A DNA stretch of 64,000 nucleotides from a bacterium. GTDB taxonomy: Bacteria > Cyanobacteriota > Vampirovibrionia > Gastranaerophilales > JBAXKC01. Shown here in pieces: positions 9,475-18,529 of the stretch. Location of the stretch: NCBI GenBank assembly GCA_037137535.1, contig JBAXKC010000001.1:192001-256000 (forward strand), given 5' to 3'. Every line of letters starts with the position of its first letter. Position 1 is the first letter of the stretch. The translations under genes were made by a program, and so were the position numbers. The notes beneath the pieces are model-generated. The model did not search any database and was not told the origin of the DNA. It was given only the letters and a program-made list of their open reading frames with translations.

Positions 9475-10064
9475 TATACTTCCTCCTTTTTCGCTGAAGG
9501 ATTTTCTAAAAGCTGATCATCTTTTGTCGCAATTACAACAGCTCCTAAAATAGCGGCAAGTAACAATACAGATAATATTTCAAACGGCAAAAGGTATTTT
9601 GAAAAAAGCTGACTTCCAATAATTCCGGCAGTGCCTTCTTCTTTAACTACAGCAAGGGTTTGAGGGGAACGCTGTTTTAATACAATATTGTCAGGAGTTC
9701 TTTTTAATGACGAAAAGCCGGTTGTAATAGAGAAGAAAAGAACTAAGAACATTAATCCCGCTGACATAAAGCCAATGAGAGAACGTGGAACAAATGCTAT
9801 CCATAATTTTTCATCACTTGCTCTGGCTGTCATCATAATGGCAAAAAGTAAAACGATTGTTAAACCTACCGAATAAATTATTATTTGTGAAACCCCTGCA
9901 AAATCAGCCCCTAAAAGAAAATAAATGCCTGCAATAGAGAAAAAACAAGCAACAAGGCTCATTGCCGAATAAATTATTCGTCTTGAAACAATAACTCCTA
10001 ATGCCGATATAACAGTAAAAAAAGCTATAAAATAAAATGCCGCCGAATATACAAATGCTCTCAT
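9474..10064 (-). CDS. nuoJ: Complex I subunit J (NdhG)
   Basis: LLGADF, QIIIYSVG, YLLPFEILSVLLLAAILGAVV; operon position. Confidence 0.93.
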   Translation of the reverse strand: MRAFVYSAAFYFIAFFTVISALGVIVSRRIIYSAMSLVACFFSIAGIYFLLGADFAGVSQIIIYSVGLTIVLLFAIMMTARASDEKLWIAFVPRSLIGFMSAGLMFLVLFFSITTGFSSLKRTPDNIVLKQRSPQTLAVVKEEGTAGIIGSQLFSKYLLPFEILSVLLLAAILGAVVIATKDDQLLENPSAKKEEV

Positions 10065-10081
10065 AGTTACCCTTTAAAAAA

Positions 10082-10558
10082 CTAAATGTCTTTAGCCAAC
10101 TCCTCAATATAATATTTTGATTTTTCAGGAGAAAGCGCAAGTTTTTCTTTATCAAAAACAAGAGCTTCTCTTGAATGTGTAGATATTTCAAACTCATCAG
10201 ACATAACTATTGCAGATTTCGGGCAAACATCAGCACAATTTCCACAAAATATACATCTTCCAAGGTCAATAGTAAATTTTTCCACCTGCTGTTTATTATT
10301 CTCATCTTTTTGAGTTTCAATATAGATTAAATCAACGCAAGGACATACTTTTTGGCAAGCTTTACAGCCTATGCAAATAAGTTTACCGCTTTCATTAACC
10401 GTTAAAGCAGGTCGGCCTTTTAATCTGATATTAAATTCCTGTTTTTGTTCAGGATATTGAACAGTTATAGGTTCTCTGAATGCATGTTTACCAATGGTCA
10501 ACATGCCTCTGACGATTTCTTTTATTCCAACTGCCGTTTCAACAACTACTTTAAACAT
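10082..10558 (-). CDS. nuoI: Complex I subunit I (2x[4Fe-4S])
   Basis: TVQYPE, CIGCKACQKVCP and CIFCGNCADVCP. Confidence 0.95.
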   Translation of the reverse strand: MFKVVVETAVGIKEIVRGMLTIGKHAFREPITVQYPEQKQEFNIRLKGRPALTVNESGKLICIGCKACQKVCPCVDLIYIETQKDENNKQQVEKFTIDLGRCIFCGNCADVCPKSAIVMSDEFEISTHSREALVFDKEKLALSPEKSKYYIEELAKDI

Positions 10559-10567
10559 TTTTTCATC

Positions 10568-11680
10568 CTAGAATATTAACTTTATCAAAGCTGTAACAAA
10601 GAGATTTATCAGTGAAACAGGTAACAAAAATTTCCAGCAAAAGCTCATAAGCTGATCTGCTCTTAAACGTGGCAAAGTTGCCCTTATCCAGATAATAAGA
10701 AAAATAATTGCGTAAGTTTTTCCTACAAGCCAAAATGCTTGTTCTAAATGAACAAGAGAACTTAAAATTAATTTATTTGTAATTAATCCCGAAAATAAAA
10801 TATTAGCCAAATAATCATTAAACGGTGACAAAAAACCGCCTAAAAACAAAGTAGCTATAATAGCGCTTATAACAAACATTGCAGCGTATTCAGCCAAAAA
10901 GAACAATGCAAATTTCATTCCCGAATATTCTGTATTATATCCACTTACCAATTCACTTTCAGCTTCAGGCAAATCAAAAGGAACACGATTCAATTCAGCA
11001 ATAGAACATATTAAAAACACCCAAAAACCTACAAAACCAAGCCAGATATTCCAGCTGAACACATTCCAGTTCAAAAAGGCTGTATGCATTACTCCGCCTG
11101 ATTGTACGCCGACAATTTTATGTAAATTCATAGTTCCCGTTAAAAGAGCAATTGATATAGAAGTAACAACGAGAGGTATTTCATAACTTATCGCTTGCGC
11201 AGCCGATCTCATTCCGCCTAAAAGAGAATATTTATTACCGCTTGACCAGCCTGCCATGACTATTCCTATTGTTGAAACAGAAGAAATAGCTAGTATAGTA
11301 AATAATCCAAGTGGAATATTTGCCGCAACAAGTTTATCTGTATAAGGAACAAGGCAATATAACGTCATAATAGGAGCAAATACAATTATTGGGGCAAGTG
11401 TAAATGCAATTTTATTTGTACCGCAAGACATAATGTCTTCTTTTGTTAAAAGTTTTATAGCATCAGCCATTGTCTGAAAATAGCCCAAAGGTCCGACTCT
11501 GTTAGGTCCTTTCCTTACGGTCAACCACGCAAGAACTTTTCGCTCGAGAAGAACAAGGAAGATAACAACTGCCATCATCAATACTGCAATCGCAATAAAA
11601 GAGAATACAGGCATTGTTAAATCCGCAAAAATAGTCGGAATATGTAAAAAAGAAAATAATTTTAAATATAATTCTTGCAT
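10568..11680 (-). CDS. nuoH: Complex I subunit H (NdhA)
   Basis: ERKVLA...RKGPNRVGP, AQAISYE, NRVPFDLPEAESELVSGYNTEYSG. Confidence 0.97.
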   Translation of the reverse strand: MQELYLKLFSFLHIPTIFADLTMPVFSFIAIAVLMMAVVIFLVLLERKVLAWLTVRKGPNRVGPLGYFQTMADAIKLLTKEDIMSCGTNKIAFTLAPIIVFAPIMTLYCLVPYTDKLVAANIPLGLFTILAISSVSTIGIVMAGWSSGNKYSLLGGMRSAAQAISYEIPLVVTSISIALLTGTMNLHKIVGVQSGGVMHTAFLNWNVFSWNIWLGFVGFWVFLICSIAELNRVPFDLPEAESELVSGYNTEYSGMKFALFFLAEYAAMFVISAIIATLFLGGFLSPFNDYLANILFSGLITNKLILSSLVHLEQAFWLVGKTYAIIFLIIWIRATLPRLRADQLMSFCWKFLLPVSLINLFVTALIKLIF

Positions 11681-11683
11681 AAC

Positions 11684-12883
11684 TTATCGATCCACTTCGG
11701 GTAATACTACGTCAAGACTGCCAAATATCGCCATTAAATCCCCGAAAGGCCTGTCTTTAATCAACTCGGGGAGAACTTGAACTGCTGAAAAAGATGGGGT
11801 TCTCCATTTCACCCTATAAGGTTTAGCGGTTCCGTCACTTTTTACATAACAAGCCGTAATTCCTCTTGCCGACTCGATTAAGGAAGTTGCTTCGCCTGCT
11901 TGCAGTTTAAAAATAGCGGGATTTAACTTTTTAGCAATTAACTTTGTTTCATATCCGCAAACTTCACAATCGTCTTGATTACATGCGCAGTTTTGACGTT
12001 TAATATTTAATTCTTCTTTACTTCCGCCGTTTATTTTATCGATTGCCTGTTCGACAATTTTAACGGACTCTCGCATTTCTTCAATACGCACAGCATAACG
12101 GTCAGAAGTATCTCCATTTTTGCCTAAAGCAATCTTAAACTCCAATTCATCATAAACAGAATAAGGCTGGGCTTTTCTTAAATCAAAATCAACACCGGAT
12201 GCTCTAAGATTTGGACCTGTTATTCCATATTCAATAGCCATTTGTGGAGTTAAAACACCAATTCCTTTTGTTCTAGCTAAGAAAATAGGATTATTGGTTA
12301 TTATAGATTCGTACTCATCAAACATTGCAGGAAGTTTTACACAAAGGTCTTTTACTTTTAATAGCCATCCTTCGGGTATATCTTTTTTCACACCGCCATA
12401 AGTGTAGAAATTATACATCATTCTAGCACCTGTAAGCTCTTCAAATAGCTTTACAATGTCTTCACGCTCTCTAAAGGTATAAAAAAGTGGTGAAGTAGCG
12501 CCTAAATCAAGTAAAAATGTCCCTAACCACAAGAGATGAGAAGTTATTCGGTTTAATTCCATTGTTATTACACGAATATATTCAGCTCTTTTAGGAAGTT
12601 TTAATCCTGCTATTTCTTCAACAGCCATACACATTGAAGCTAAGTTAAAAAAGCTCGATAGATAATCAACTCTGTCGACCATAGGCAAATATTGGAAATA
12701 GCTTCTGCTTTCGGCAATTTTTTCCATTCCTCTATGCAAATAACCTATTACAGGCTTTGTATCTCTTATTATTTCACCTTCAAGCGACAAAATAAGCCTT
12801 AAAACACCATGAGTACTTGGATGTTGAGGGCCTACGTTTATTATCATTTCTTTTTCTAAAGTTTTACTCATTTTATCGGTCAT
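11684..12883 (-). CDS. nuoD: Complex I subunit D (NdhH) with Cys-rich insertion
   Basis: GPQHPSTHGVLR, GYLHRGMEK, RVDYL, C-terminal GSLDVVLPEVDR. Confidence 0.97.
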   Translation of the reverse strand: MTDKMSKTLEKEMIINVGPQHPSTHGVLRLILSLEGEIIRDTKPVIGYLHRGMEKIAESRSYFQYLPMVDRVDYLSSFFNLASMCMAVEEIAGLKLPKRAEYIRVITMELNRITSHLLWLGTFLLDLGATSPLFYTFREREDIVKLFEELTGARMMYNFYTYGGVKKDIPEGWLLKVKDLCVKLPAMFDEYESIITNNPIFLARTKGIGVLTPQMAIEYGITGPNLRASGVDFDLRKAQPYSVYDELEFKIALGKNGDTSDRYAVRIEEMRESVKIVEQAIDKINGGSKEELNIKRQNCACNQDDCEVCGYETKLIAKKLNPAIFKLQAGEATSLIESARGITACYVKSDGTAKPYRVKWRTPSFSAVQVLPELIKDRPFGDLMAIFGSLDVVLPEVDR

Positions 12884-13352
12884 TCCAGCTTAATCTAGCA
12901 TCTTGCATAACATAATCTTTTCTTAAAGGATGCCCAATCCAATCTTCAGGAAGCAAAATCCTTTTCAGCTCAGAATGATTTATAAAATTTACTCCTAAAA
13001 GATCGTAAGTTTCTCTTTCGTGCCATTCAGCCGATTTATAAAGAGATGAAACACTTTCAATTTCAGGTTTTGCTCTGTTTAATTCTGTTTTTACAACTAT
13101 TTTAGAATTTGATTTAAGCGACAATAATTGATAATTAAGTTCAATAAAATCATTAAAATCAGTTCCGCATACAAAAAGCAACAAATAAAAATCAGCTTTA
13201 TTTTTTAACAGTTCAAAAGTCTTCAAAATATCCGAACTTTTAACTTTCAAAGTAAAAGTTCCGTCCGAAGAAGAAGTTTCTTCCAAAACCTCAATATCTT
13301 GCTCTATAAAAAGCTGAGAAATTATATTATCTGATTGCACTTGCATTTTCAT
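12873..13352 (-). CDS. nuoC: Complex I subunit C (NdhJ); start likely 13346-13352
   Basis: [14 protein letters not shown]...[17 protein letters not shown]. Confidence 0.95.
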   Translation of the reverse strand: MKMQVQSDNIISQLFIEQDIEVLEETSSSDGTFTLKVKSSDILKTFELLKNKADFYLLLFVCGTDFNDFIELNYQLLSLKSNSKIVVKTELNRAKPEIESVSSLYKSAEWHERETYDLLGVNFINHSELKRILLPEDWIGHPLRKDYVMQDARLSWNDR

Positions 13353-13932
13353 CCTTGTATCCGTCTTTTTGTATGCCCCAAGTGTATATTTCCATTCCAT
13401 CTAATGCTAAAAGCATATCCGAATTACTATTTGGAGATAATTTTAATTTTGGCCTGTGAGCTTCAATATATTTTTGTCTATCTAAAATCGTTTCAGTTCT
13501 AATCTGTTTCTGCAATTTCATAATTCCCTCTAAAAGAGCCTCGGGACGAGGAGGACAACCTGGAATATAAACATCAACAGGAAGTATTCTATCAACGCCT
13601 TTAACTACAGAATAAGAATCATTCTCATACATTCCGCCCGTAATAGTGCAAGCTCCCATTGCAATAACGTATTTAGGCTCTGGCATTTGCTCATATAAGC
13701 GTAACAAGGCAGGAGCCATCTTATGAGTTATCGTTCCAGCCGTTATTATTAAATCTGCCTGTCTTGGAGTAGCTCTAAAAACTTCAGAACCAAATCTTGC
13801 AATATCAAAACTTGAAGCACTTGTGGAAATCATCTCGATACCACAGCATGAAGTAGCAAAAGTCAATGGCCAAACCGAATTTGACCTTGCCCAATTATAT
13901 ACGAAATCTATAGAACTGATAATTAATTGCAT
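13327..13932 (-). CDS. nuoB: Complex I subunit B (NdhK)
   Basis: [36 protein letters not shown]. Confidence 0.97.
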   Translation of the reverse strand: MQLIISSIDFVYNWARSNSVWPLTFATSCCGIEMISTSASSFDIARFGSEVFRATPRQADLIITAGTITHKMAPALLRLYEQMPEPKYVIAMGACTITGGMYENDSYSVVKGVDRILPVDVYIPGCPPRPEALLEGIMKLQKQIRTETILDRQKYIEAHRPKLKLSPNSNSDMLLALDGMEIYTWGIQKDGYKDENASAIR

Positions 13933-13949
13933 TTACCGACCTTAACTCT

Positions 13950-14309
13950 TTATTTCCATGTCAAAGCGTCTTTTTTACAGACATAAATAAGCCCTAATAT
14001 AAGAATCAGGATAAAAATGACAGCTTCAATAAAACCATAAAGACCTAATGATTTATATTTCACCGCCCAAGGAAACAGAAAAACCGCCTCAACGTCAAAG
14101 ATAATAAACATTAAGCCGTACATATAATATTTTATGTCAAATTGTACGTCTGATGAACCTAAAAGATTCATCCCACATTCATAAGTACTATTTTTAATAT
14201 CATTGGGAGATTTTGGCTGTAATAGCCATGACATAACCAAGGCAGCACTCGCAAATGCACCTGATAACACTAAAAATACCCCTAACGTCCAATATGCAGA
14301 CAACAACAC
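13950..14309 (-). CDS. nuoA: Complex I subunit A (NdhC)
   Basis: YECG, FIIFDVEAVFLFPWAV; GTG start with AAGGGG RBS. Confidence 0.95.
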   Translation of the reverse strand: MLLSAYWTLGVFLVLSGAFASAALVMSWLLQPKSPNDIKNSTYECGMNLLGSSDVQFDIKYYMYGLMFIIFDVEAVFLFPWAVKYKSLGLYGFIEAVIFILILILGLIYVCKKDALTWK

Positions 14310-14419
14310 ATGTACCCCTTTTTGTTGAGTATATAATTCTTTATAGCATAAATAGCATGAATTAATTTAATTCAACAAAGAAGGTTTAAGATTTATTAAG
14401 GGTTAAATATATAAAAATA

Positions 14420-15526
14420 TTATTTCTTCTTTACGTCTTCAAACACCGCAAAATATTTATCTGAGATTAGCTTCCAGTCAAATAATTTTGCACGCTCATA
14501 AGGTTTATTTTTAAATGTAGTCTGCAATGCTTTTTTTAAAGTGTCAGCATATTCTTCAATATTTTCAGGATTACATAAAATACCTGCATCACCTATAATT
14601 TCACGTCTTGACTCATCATCAGTAGCTACAATAGGTTTATTACAAGCCATAGCTTCTAAATACACCAGTCCAAATGGCTCAAACTCTGAAGGTAAAGTAA
14701 AAATATCACAACTTTTATAATAATGCTGAATTTCCTCATAAGGAACAGAAAGGAGTTTGAATCTCTTCTTTCCTAGTTTTGACATTCCATATTTCTTTAA
14801 AAAATCAACACCTTCACCGTTGGATAGAACTAAAAGACTGCCATATCCCAGTTTTTCTACCGCATCAACTGCAAGTTCCAGTCGTTTATTAGTCTGATAC
14901 CTTGCAGAAGCCAAAATTATCGGCCCCTCAAGAGGTAATTTAATTCCATTTATATAAGGATTGAATTTTTCAAAGTTAATTCCATTTGGAATATGCTCTG
15001 TATTAATATTTTCAAAATTATTATCAACCCAATCCTTCATATGAGAAGAAAGGGTGATATATTTATCCGGTTTGAATTTCAAGTTTCTTTCAGCAATTTT
15101 ACCGTCATTCATAAGACTTGAATGCTCTGTAAACACAATTGGAGTGCCTTTTATTTTTCTGACTACCCAACAGGCAAGTAAGCCACCCCAATCATTATTC
15201 GGATACAAAACATCATATCTGTTTAACAGCAAATGAACTACTGTCGGAAAAAATGCAGAAAAATGCTCAATTATAATTTCAGGCTTATTAAAAAAATTCT
15301 TCAAAAATTTATTTAATAAATTTATATGAATTTCTGTAGAATTTAATGCTTTTAACCTTGGAATACAGCCTATTTTTTTACATTGATCCGTTTCTTCGGA
15401 AGAAGCCAAAATATCTATATCACATTTTTCGGCTAAATATTTGGATAATTCTACAACAAAGGTCTGAGAACCACCGTTAGAGCTACCCACAGCAGGATGT
15501 ATCATTGCTATTTTCAACTTTTTCAT
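14420..15526 (-). CDS. GT4 family glycosyltransferase
   Basis: GGSQTF N-terminal motif; EPFGLVYLEAMAC (E-x7-E). Confidence 0.9.
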   Translation of the reverse strand: MKKLKIAMIHPAVGSSNGGSQTFVVELSKYLAEKCDIDILASSEETDQCKKIGCIPRLKALNSTEIHINLLNKFLKNFFNKPEIIIEHFSAFFPTVVHLLLNRYDVLYPNNDWGGLLACWVVRKIKGTPIVFTEHSSLMNDGKIAERNLKFKPDKYITLSSHMKDWVDNNFENINTEHIPNGINFEKFNPYINGIKLPLEGPIILASARYQTNKRLELAVDAVEKLGYGSLLVLSNGEGVDFLKKYGMSKLGKKRFKLLSVPYEEIQHYYKSCDIFTLPSEFEPFGLVYLEAMACNKPIVATDDESRREIIGDAGILCNPENIEEYADTLKKALQTTFKNKPYERAKLFDWKLISDKYFAVFEDVKKK

Positions 15527-15564
15527 TGTTATAAAAACCCCAAGTCCCCAAAGTGCCTTAAAAA

Positions 15565-17064
15565 TTAAGCTGTAAGTCTTTCTTCTACTTTTTTCTTTCT
15601 TCCGATAAATTTAACAATATTTTCTAATACATAGTCATAATCAGTCGGATAGAATAATTTCATCGCCATCACATAAGAAACAATACCCGTAAATACTTCG
15701 GCACATAAAACCAAAAGCTGAGATTGCCCTAATGCAAATAAAACATTCTTTACCGTTAAAATACAAAGCCCCATCAATATAGAACTATTAAAGGCAGGTG
15801 CCAGATTTTCAAAAACGTCAGCAAACTTCCATTTTTGAATTTTCAAAAGAACTGACATGAATATAAAAGTTCCAATAACTCCTACGATAGAAGAAGCAAT
15901 GGCAACTCCTGTAAGATTAGCCAACTTATAACCTATAAAAAGACTTGCAACATATATTGGAGTATAAGTAAGAGTTAATTTTACAAGTACGTCAGATTTA
16001 CCGATACCCAATAAAATAGGCCCTATTGTCTGAGTAACTGATTTAAGCATTGCATAACAAAGAATTATCTGAAAAAGCAATACTGATGAATGCCATTTAG
16101 CCCCAAAGATAACACTTATATATTCGCCCCCTGCAACCATTTGCCCGATTGCATAAGGAAAACTTATTATAGAGATTAATTTTAGTGAGTTTAAAAAAGC
16201 TGATTTGAGTTTTTCAGGTTCATTCTGAAGTTTTGAAAAAGCAGGAAAGGTTACCATATTGACAGGGAATGCAATATTATTAACAACCATCATACTTTTA
16301 TCCTGTGCAAAGGAATAAACCCCTAGCGCCACAGATCCCATATAGTTTCCTATAAGGACATACCCCGAATTATTCAAACAATAATCAAGAATATTGCTCA
16401 AAAGAACATCTTTACCATAGGAAAACATATCTTTCCAATATTTAAAGCAAGGATTAAGCGATGGAACCCAACGTGTCATATTCCAAAGACTTATAGCATT
16501 AACAATAGCCCCGACTATCTTCGGATAAATAAAACTCCAAACCCCAAAACCCATAAGAGCAAGGATTATTGATAAAATAGTTCTGCCAAGATTAACCGTT
16601 GCATCTAAAATAGAAAGTTTCTTAAAATCCATGTTTTTAATTAAAATACTTCGATGTGTAGAAACAGAACAATTTATAAGTAATGCAACGGCACTAACTC
16701 TTATAATATCAGCCAATAATGGAGCTTTATAAAAACTTGCCGCAACAGGTGCAAAAATAAACTGTATTCCGACAAAAAGAACTGTTGAAGAAATAATTAA
16801 CCAATAAGAGGCATTAAGCCTTTCTTTAAAATTATCTTGAAAATGAACCACAGCAGAATTAACACCCATTGAAGATGCCATTTGAATAACAAAATCAATT
16901 GTAATTGACATTGTAACAAGACCAAAATCCTGTGGAGTTAATATTCTAGCTAAAACTATCGCACTTACAAACATTACTACTTTTTGAGCAAACTGTAAAA
17001 TAAGCGACCATTTTAAACTTTGTCTCGTTTTATCCCCAACATTGCTTGAGTTTAACGTCTCCAT
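15565..17064 (-). CDS. wzx: Polysaccharide flippase (WzxC-like)
   Basis: LARILTPQDFG, GFGVWS, LGVYSFA, many TM helices; ATG at 17064 follows a GAAGGA RBS. Confidence 0.88.
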   Translation of the reverse strand: METLNSSNVGDKTRQSLKWSLILQFAQKVVMFVSAIVLARILTPQDFGLVTMSITIDFVIQMASSMGVNSAVVHFQDNFKERLNASYWLIISSTVLFVGIQFIFAPVAASFYKAPLLADIIRVSAVALLINCSVSTHRSILIKNMDFKKLSILDATVNLGRTILSIILALMGFGVWSFIYPKIVGAIVNAISLWNMTRWVPSLNPCFKYWKDMFSYGKDVLLSNILDYCLNNSGYVLIGNYMGSVALGVYSFAQDKSMMVVNNIAFPVNMVTFPAFSKLQNEPEKLKSAFLNSLKLISIISFPYAIGQMVAGGEYISVIFGAKWHSSVLLFQIILCYAMLKSVTQTIGPILLGIGKSDVLVKLTLTYTPIYVASLFIGYKLANLTGVAIASSIVGVIGTFIFMSVLLKIQKWKFADVFENLAPAFNSSILMGLCILTVKNVLFALGQSQLLVLCAEVFTGIVSYVMAMKLFYPTDYDYVLENIVKFIGRKKKVEERLTA

Positions 17065-17066
17065 AA

Positions 17067-18455
17067 TTATCCTTCTATTTGTTCTGATTGCTCTGTAACA
17101 CATCCCCTGTTATACCAACAACCAAGAATTGCGATGATTGCCCAGAAGAATATATTACCTGACCTATCATAAAATGCATTACTGGCGGAATTTTGAACAA
17201 GAGTAATTACCGCTATAAGACAGGTAGCTGTTGCGATAATTCTAATATGAGGAGAATTCTCATTATTTTTTTCAAAAAGAATTAAAATTCCTTTAATAAC
17301 AATAAGCAATAAAGTTAAAATAAGTAAAAATAAACCAATCAGACCAAGGTTGTACCATGTTTCAAGATAAACATTATGAGGCGCATAAGATTCACCTAAA
17401 GGCATTACGACCTTTAAATAATTTCTTGCGGATTCAACTCCCTGCCCTAAAAAGATATTTCCATGCAAAATCATATTATATAAATTTCTCCAAATATTAA
17501 AACGCCAATTCAATGACGAATTATCGGAAAAACGTTGAACAATAAGACTTAAAGAGCCTGTAGCAATTAAAAAGCCCATTATTGCAGTTCCTAAAACAGA
17601 TAAACCTGCTAAAATCTGTAATCTGGTTTTCCAGCTAAGGAATAAGCTCATGAATAAAAATGCTAAGCCTGCATTGATATACGAAGTTTTACTAAACGTA
17701 GCCAATAGTGCAACCATATTAAAACCGATTGTAAAAATCCAATAAGTTTTTTCCTGTGCTTTAACCTTAAAAAGATACATAAATAAAGCAAAAGCAATAA
17801 AAAGAGAAACAGCAAAACCATAGTCATTAAAATTAAAGAAAGTGCCTCTAATTCTATAGACTCCTTCCATTACAATTCCGCCTTTTTTGGTAATAAGCTG
17901 TAAAACACCTGTTAAAGCAATAAAGTTGAAGATATAACTTAAATATTTTGATATTTTATCAAGATTTGCAGAATTAATTTGAGCATAATTATAAATTGAT
18001 AAAATTGTAAAAATAGCGAAATAACTTCTACCAAACTCTTTAATTACATCCATAATAATTTGATCGGGACGAAATATATTTAAAAGAATAAGAATGCTGT
18101 ATGCTGCTAATGTCCATAAATATGGCGAAAATTCGGCAACTTTTTTAAAATATTTGCCTATAAGCCATATTGTCGAAGGAAGTGCTAAAAGATACAGTCC
18201 GCCTGTTACAAGAACCTTATCATCTGTAGAAAGCAGTCTTGTTAAAGGATATAGAAATAATGCACTAAATAAAATAAAGGTCGGCTTATTATAAATAAAG
18301 GGTGTGACAATAATCCCTAATAGCCCGCCGATACTAAGAATTAAGCCTTTTACCCCTAAAAGACCTATAGCCAATAAGGATAAAAGAGCATATCCCGCTA
18401 TAAGCAAATATCTAAAGCGGGCCTTTCCATTATTATAAACTGTTGAAATTTCCAT
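17067..18455 (-). CDS. O-antigen ligase/Wzy-type polymerase family protein
   Basis: Multi-TM protein with RIRGTF-N-N, SLNWRFNIW, GQG, APHNVYLE-GLIG motifs. Confidence 0.85.
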   Translation of the reverse strand: MEISTVYNNGKARFRYLLIAGYALLSLLAIGLLGVKGLILSIGGLLGIIVTPFIYNKPTFILFSALFLYPLTRLLSTDDKVLVTGGLYLLALPSTIWLIGKYFKKVAEFSPYLWTLAAYSILILLNIFRPDQIIMDVIKEFGRSYFAIFTILSIYNYAQINSANLDKISKYLSYIFNFIALTGVLQLITKKGGIVMEGVYRIRGTFFNFNDYGFAVSLFIAFALFMYLFKVKAQEKTYWIFTIGFNMVALLATFSKTSYINAGLAFLFMSLFLSWKTRLQILAGLSVLGTAIMGFLIATGSLSLIVQRFSDNSSLNWRFNIWRNLYNMILHGNIFLGQGVESARNYLKVVMPLGESYAPHNVYLETWYNLGLIGLFLLILTLLLIVIKGILILFEKNNENSPHIRIIATATCLIAVITLVQNSASNAFYDRSGNIFFWAIIAILGCWYNRGCVTEQSEQIEG

Positions 18456-18529
18456 TTTTTTCTCCCAGTAAGTCAAATGTCAGCAAAGAGCAGGAATTAA
18501 TCCCACTCTTTGCTAATTCTTAAATTAGA

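Noticed and set aside
11684-13932. Group 4 NiFe hydrogenase instead of complex I
   Set aside because: NuoD lacks the N- and C-terminal CxxC Ni ligands and keeps complex I motifs; NuoB has the adjacent CC motif.
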